Shown piece after piece: positions 60,864 through 64,000 of a stretch of DNA of 64,000 nt; the stretch's first letter is position 1, and the number at the start of each line of letters is the position of its first letter. The notes under the pieces are model-generated. The model was not told where the DNA came from. It did no database searches and worked only from the letters and a program-made list of their open reading frames with translations. Origin of the DNA: Candidatus Bathyarchaeia archaeon (GTDB taxonomy: Archaea > Thermoproteota > Bathyarchaeia > Bathyarchaeales > Bathycorpusculaceae); assembly GCA_038883775.1 (NCBI GenBank), contig JAVZLM010000006.1:32001-96000 (forward strand), written 5' to 3'. The position numbers and the translations under genes are program-made.

Positions 60864-62120
60864 ATGGAAAATTTCAGAGTAAAAGATACAATCCTCGCCT
60901 CTAATGGGCGTCTGCAAATAGAATGGGCATCAAAACACATGCCAGTCCTAAACCAAATAAAAGAAAGATTCCAAAAAGAAAAACCCCTAAAAAACTTAAC
61001 CTTAGGCGCATGTTTACATGTAACAAAAGAAACAGCCGTTCTCATTGAAACTTTTCTTGCTGGAGGAGCCAAAGTTGCACTATGCGGTTCAAACCCGCTT
61101 TCCACACAAGATGATGTTGCAGCTGCCCTTGCAGAAAAAGGCGTGAATGTTTTTGCTTGGAGAGGACAAACAACAGAGGAGTATTACTGGTGTATTGAAA
61201 GGGTGATAGACTGCAAGCCAATAATAACTCTTGATGACGGCGCAGACTTGGTTGGAACAATTCACAACAAAAGAGCCGAAGCGCTGCCAAACATTAAAGG
61301 AGGAACTGAAGAAACAACCACTGGTGTCCTACGATTAAGAACTATGGAAAAAACTGGCGCACTAAAATATGCGATAATAGCCGTAAACGACGCTTTCACA
61401 AAATATTTGTTTGACAACAGATATGGAACGGGACAAAGCACAATAGACGGAATCCTGAGAGCTACAAACATCCTTTTAGCAGGCAAAAACTTTGTTGTTT
61501 GCGGTTATGGATGGTGCGGAAGAGGAATAGCCATGAGAGCGCAAGGAATGGGCGCAAACGTAATAATAACTGAAGTGAACCCGTTAAGAGCTTTGGAAGC
61601 GGCAATGAACGGTTTCCGCATAATGCCAATAGCCGAAGCGGCAAAAATAGGCGACATATTCGTAACAGCCACGGGTGACATAAGCGTTATAAGGAAAGAG
61701 CACATGCAAAAAATGAAAGATGGGGCAATTTTAGCAAACAGCGGTCACTTCAATGTCGAAATAAACTTGAAAGAGTTGAAAGAATTAGCAGTTTCAAAAC
61801 GCATCATAAGACCAAACCTTGAAGAATACACATTAAAAGATAGAAGAAAACTGTATCTTCTAGCTGAAGGAAGACTTGTGAACCTAGCATCAGCGGAAGG
61901 ACACCCATCAGAGGTTATGGACATGTCATTTGCAAACCAAGCCCTCTGCGTTGAATACTTAGCCAAAAAAGAAAAAATGCCACCAAAGGTTTACGAAGTC
62001 CCCAAAGAAGTGGATGAAGTTGTGGCGAGGTTGAAGCTTAACGCAATGAAAATAGAAATAGACGAATTGACTGAGGAGCAGAAGAAGTATTTGGCAACAT
62101 GGGAAATGGGAACGACATAG
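60864..62120 (+). CDS. ahcY: adenosylhomocysteinase
   Basis: [70 protein letters not shown]. Confidence 0.96.
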   Translation: MENFRVKDTILASNGRLQIEWASKHMPVLNQIKERFQKEKPLKNLTLGACLHVTKETAVLIETFLAGGAKVALCGSNPLSTQDDVAAALAEKGVNVFAWRGQTTEEYYWCIERVIDCKPIITLDDGADLVGTIHNKRAEALPNIKGGTEETTTGVLRLRTMEKTGALKYAIIAVNDAFTKYLFDNRYGTGQSTIDGILRATNILLAGKNFVVCGYGWCGRGIAMRAQGMGANVIITEVNPLRALEAAMNGFRIMPIAEAAKIGDIFVTATGDISVIRKEHMQKMKDGAILANSGHFNVEINLKELKELAVSKRIIRPNLEEYTLKDRRKLYLLAEGRLVNLASAEGHPSEVMDMSFANQALCVEYLAKKEKMPPKVYEVPKEVDEVVARLKLNAMKIEIDELTEEQKKYLATWEMGTT

Positions 62121-62196
62121 AATTAAAACCGAAAGCCATGGTAAACTTTTTAAAGCTTAAACGAATAAACATGGCTTTTAAAGGGTGATGATATAA

Positions 62197-62541
62197 ATGG
62201 TTAGTAAAGACCAAACAATTGGCGGAATAATATTCGTAGTCTGCGTGGTAATAGGTATATTATACACGGTTGGCTTGTTCTACTTTGGAAATCCGATTGG
62301 ACGTTGGGCTATAGAATTTTGGCTTATTGCAATTCCAGTGTTTCTTGCATTCATTGCCATAATGGGCATAGGTGCATGGATAGGTTGGACCATGGCAACA
62401 ACACCTCCACCAAAGCCGATAGAAGAAATAACGAGTGAAGTGGAAGAGAAAAAGGAAGAAGAGAAGGCGGAAGAAAAACCAGTAGAGGAAGCAACAGAAA
62501 CTGAAGAAGAGAAAAAGCCTGAAAGGAAAAAGAAAAGCTGA
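62197..62541 (+). CDS. small 2-TM membrane protein with charged tail
   Basis: MVSKDQ.IG, two TM helices, WIGWTMATTPPPKPIEE, E/K-rich C-terminus. Confidence 0.7.
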   Translation: MVSKDQTIGGIIFVVCVVIGILYTVGLFYFGNPIGRWAIEFWLIAIPVFLAFIAIMGIGAWIGWTMATTPPPKPIEEITSEVEEKKEEEKAEEKPVEEATETEEEKKPERKKKS

Positions 62542-62603
62542 AAGCAACAACTTTTGTTGAAAATTTCATCTTACAAGAATGTGAACCATTTTACCAAGGA
62601 ATA

Positions 62604-62978
62604 TTATAATCCGAGAAACTTAAAGGCAAAATATAAAGCCATATAAACAACTGCGGAAACTCCAAAAATCACAGCGATAACTTTTGGAGAAATCGAAATA
62701 AAAGGAGTCTCTTCGCCTTTGGGTTGTATCTCATACTCCTTAATGATGTGTGTTTCAGCGTCAACCTTAACCAAAGCTAAAAACTTTTTCATCTCCACCT
62801 CCACCGTGTAAACTCCTTCCTCTAATGACACTCTTTTTGGCTTTAGACCGCCTTTATTTCCAATTCTCTTGAGAAATCCAGTGGCAATGGCTGTTACAGT
62901 TTCAGCATTCAGCTCTCTCGTCTGAGGAGTAGCGGATGTAAGAGCGCCAGGCGCTTTTCTCTGCAGGGTTGCTGACAA
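62604..62978 (-). CDS. hypothetical protein (PepSY-like region, C-terminal TM anchor)
   Basis: Y.VEV......V.VDA.T..I pattern; hydrophobic C-terminus. Confidence 0.55.
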   Translation of the reverse strand: MSATLQRKAPGALTSATPQTRELNAETVTAIATGFLKRIGNKGGLKPKRVSLEEGVYTVEVEMKKFLALVKVDAETHIIKEYEIQPKGEETPFISISPKVIAVIFGVSAVVYMALYFAFKFLGL

Positions 62979-63056
62979 TTATATTGTCTCCTATGTCAGT
63001 TTATACAGAATAGGTGGACGTTTAAAAGGGCATGTGCGTATCATTGTTAACCAACC

Positions 63057-63452
63057 TTAGCCAGTTACGTTTTTGAGCATGCACTGCACTATGTTTTCGC
63101 ACATCATACATTCTTCTGGAATTTTCTCCTTTGTTTTACGCTCGCTTAAATATCCAAAATGGTGAGCGCACCCTTGCGTTTTAGGCGGTGCTTGCAAAGT
63201 TTCCTTTTCTTTGACAATTACCTCTTGAGCCTTAACTTCCAATTCTACCTCTGCTTTTTGGCTTGTCTCAATTATTGGAGCGCTTTTTTCAACCGTGATT
63301 TCTGTTAAGCAGTATGGACACGCGTTATAGCTTTTAGCGTGTTTTAGGTTTAGATTTTCAGCTTTAAGTGGAGCTGTAAACACTTTTCCACATGATGGGT
63401 TTGGGCATATATAGGTTTGGTTATGGGGTGGGTTATCTTTCTTTTTTGTGAT
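63057..63452 (-). CDS. Zn-binding hypothetical protein, probable ATC start
   Basis: CPNPSC...CPYC ribbon and C-terminal CAHHFGYL...IPEEC..C..IVQC; the first Cys pair lies upstream of the GTG at 63383; AAGGAGG is 7 nt before ATC at 63452. Confidence 0.6.
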   Translation of the reverse strand: MTKKKDNPPHNQTYICPNPSCGKVFTAPLKAENLNLKHAKSYNACPYCLTEITVEKSAPIIETSQKAEVELEVKAQEVIVKEKETLQAPPKTQGCAHHFGYLSERKTKEKIPEECMMCENIVQCMLKNVTG

Positions 63453-63551
63453 TTTTGACCCTCCTTTAACATAGAATCGGATTCCGAGTTTATAGTGTTA
63501 ATGAATCCAGAATTAATATCGTGAATATTCGCCAAAAATTACATTAAAAAT

Positions 63552-63998
63552 TTATGGAGAAGCCAACTTTTTTAGGTCTTCCTCGCCCTCCGCATATCCC
63601 GAAGCTATCAAGATGTCGTCTACTTGAATTTTGGTTTCAGGCTTCGGTCGTATACATCTGTCTCCCCTTCTTATGGCAAGAACCCACATTCCAGTTTCTT
63701 CATGAACCTTAACATCTCGCAAGGTTTTGTTTACCAAGGGAGAGTTTTCTGACACTTTTACGTATGTAACGGTTTCTTTCGCTTCTTCTATCGTCAATTT
63801 CAGCACTAGGTGGGGCTCTATTTCTCTCAAAACAACCTCAGCTATTTCCGCTGCAGCATCGGCTATTTTTTCTGTCGCAACACCCAATCTTATCAGTCCT
63901 AAGAAGCCTTTAGCTTCTTCTTTTTTGAAACCACTTGACAAAACAAGCAATTCAAAATCTGTGTGCAATTTATCCATATACTCTTCTAATTTCTGCAC
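63552..63998 (-). CDS. PhoU-like + TrkA-C domain protein, C-terminal part (truncated by window edge)
   Basis: EKIADAA.EIA helix bundle; SPLVNKTL......ETGM.VLAIRRG....P.....I...D.LIA.G. Confidence 0.8.
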   Translation of the reverse strand: MQKLEEYMDKLHTDFELLVLSSGFKKEEAKGFLGLIRLGVATEKIADAAAEIAEVVLREIEPHLVLKLTIEEAKETVTYVKVSENSPLVNKTLRDVKVHEETGMWVLAIRRGDRCIRPKPETKIQVDDILIASGYAEGEEDLKKLASP

Positions 63999-64000
63999 TT

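Noticed and set aside
62420-62541. Purine-rich GAA/AAA tract (similar ones at 47110-47175 and 50625-50712)
   Set aside because: Encodes E/K-rich low-complexity protein tails, not an independent element
1-64000. CRISPR array, rRNA, transposase/integrase or prophage
   Set aside because: No regularly spaced repeats, rRNA-like stretches or recombinase motifs were seen; nearly all sequence is explained by ordinary CDSs

Overview
An archaeal chromosome segment, most consistent with Bathyarchaeia (TACK). That assignment is inferred from the gene set: class I LysRS, aIF2-gamma/PIN/Rpo7/Spt4/S24e/S27ae, L3-L4-L23-L2-S19, two tungsten AOR-family enzymes, Fae-Hps, the AcnX pair, peptide and amino-acid catabolism genes, several DUF3795 proteins, GGTGA/GGAGG SD motifs and frequent TTG/GTG starts. 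It is mostly housekeeping and metabolism, with two intronless tRNAs (Arg-GCG, Glu-TTC). I saw no rRNA, CRISPR array or intact transposase. Best novel candidate: a Fae-Hps formaldehyde-fixing enzyme with an extra N-terminal Fis-like HTH (45202-46659). Its promoter and HTH-coding region carry six exact CCGACA/TGTCGG boxes plus variants in about 400 bp, which suggests an autoregulatory enzyme-transcription factor. Second candidate: a five-gene SPFH/double-zinc-ribbon plus YdjG-like membrane-stress cluster with no PspA (30900-34857). Other observations: a decaying DNA-repair/DUF3795 island (55437-58242), a five-domain pilin-like protein, a half glycosyltransferase in an alpha-glucan operon, a probable ATC-initiated gene, and a TA remnant at tRNA-Glu. 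All protein calls come from motif recognition; no database searches were run.
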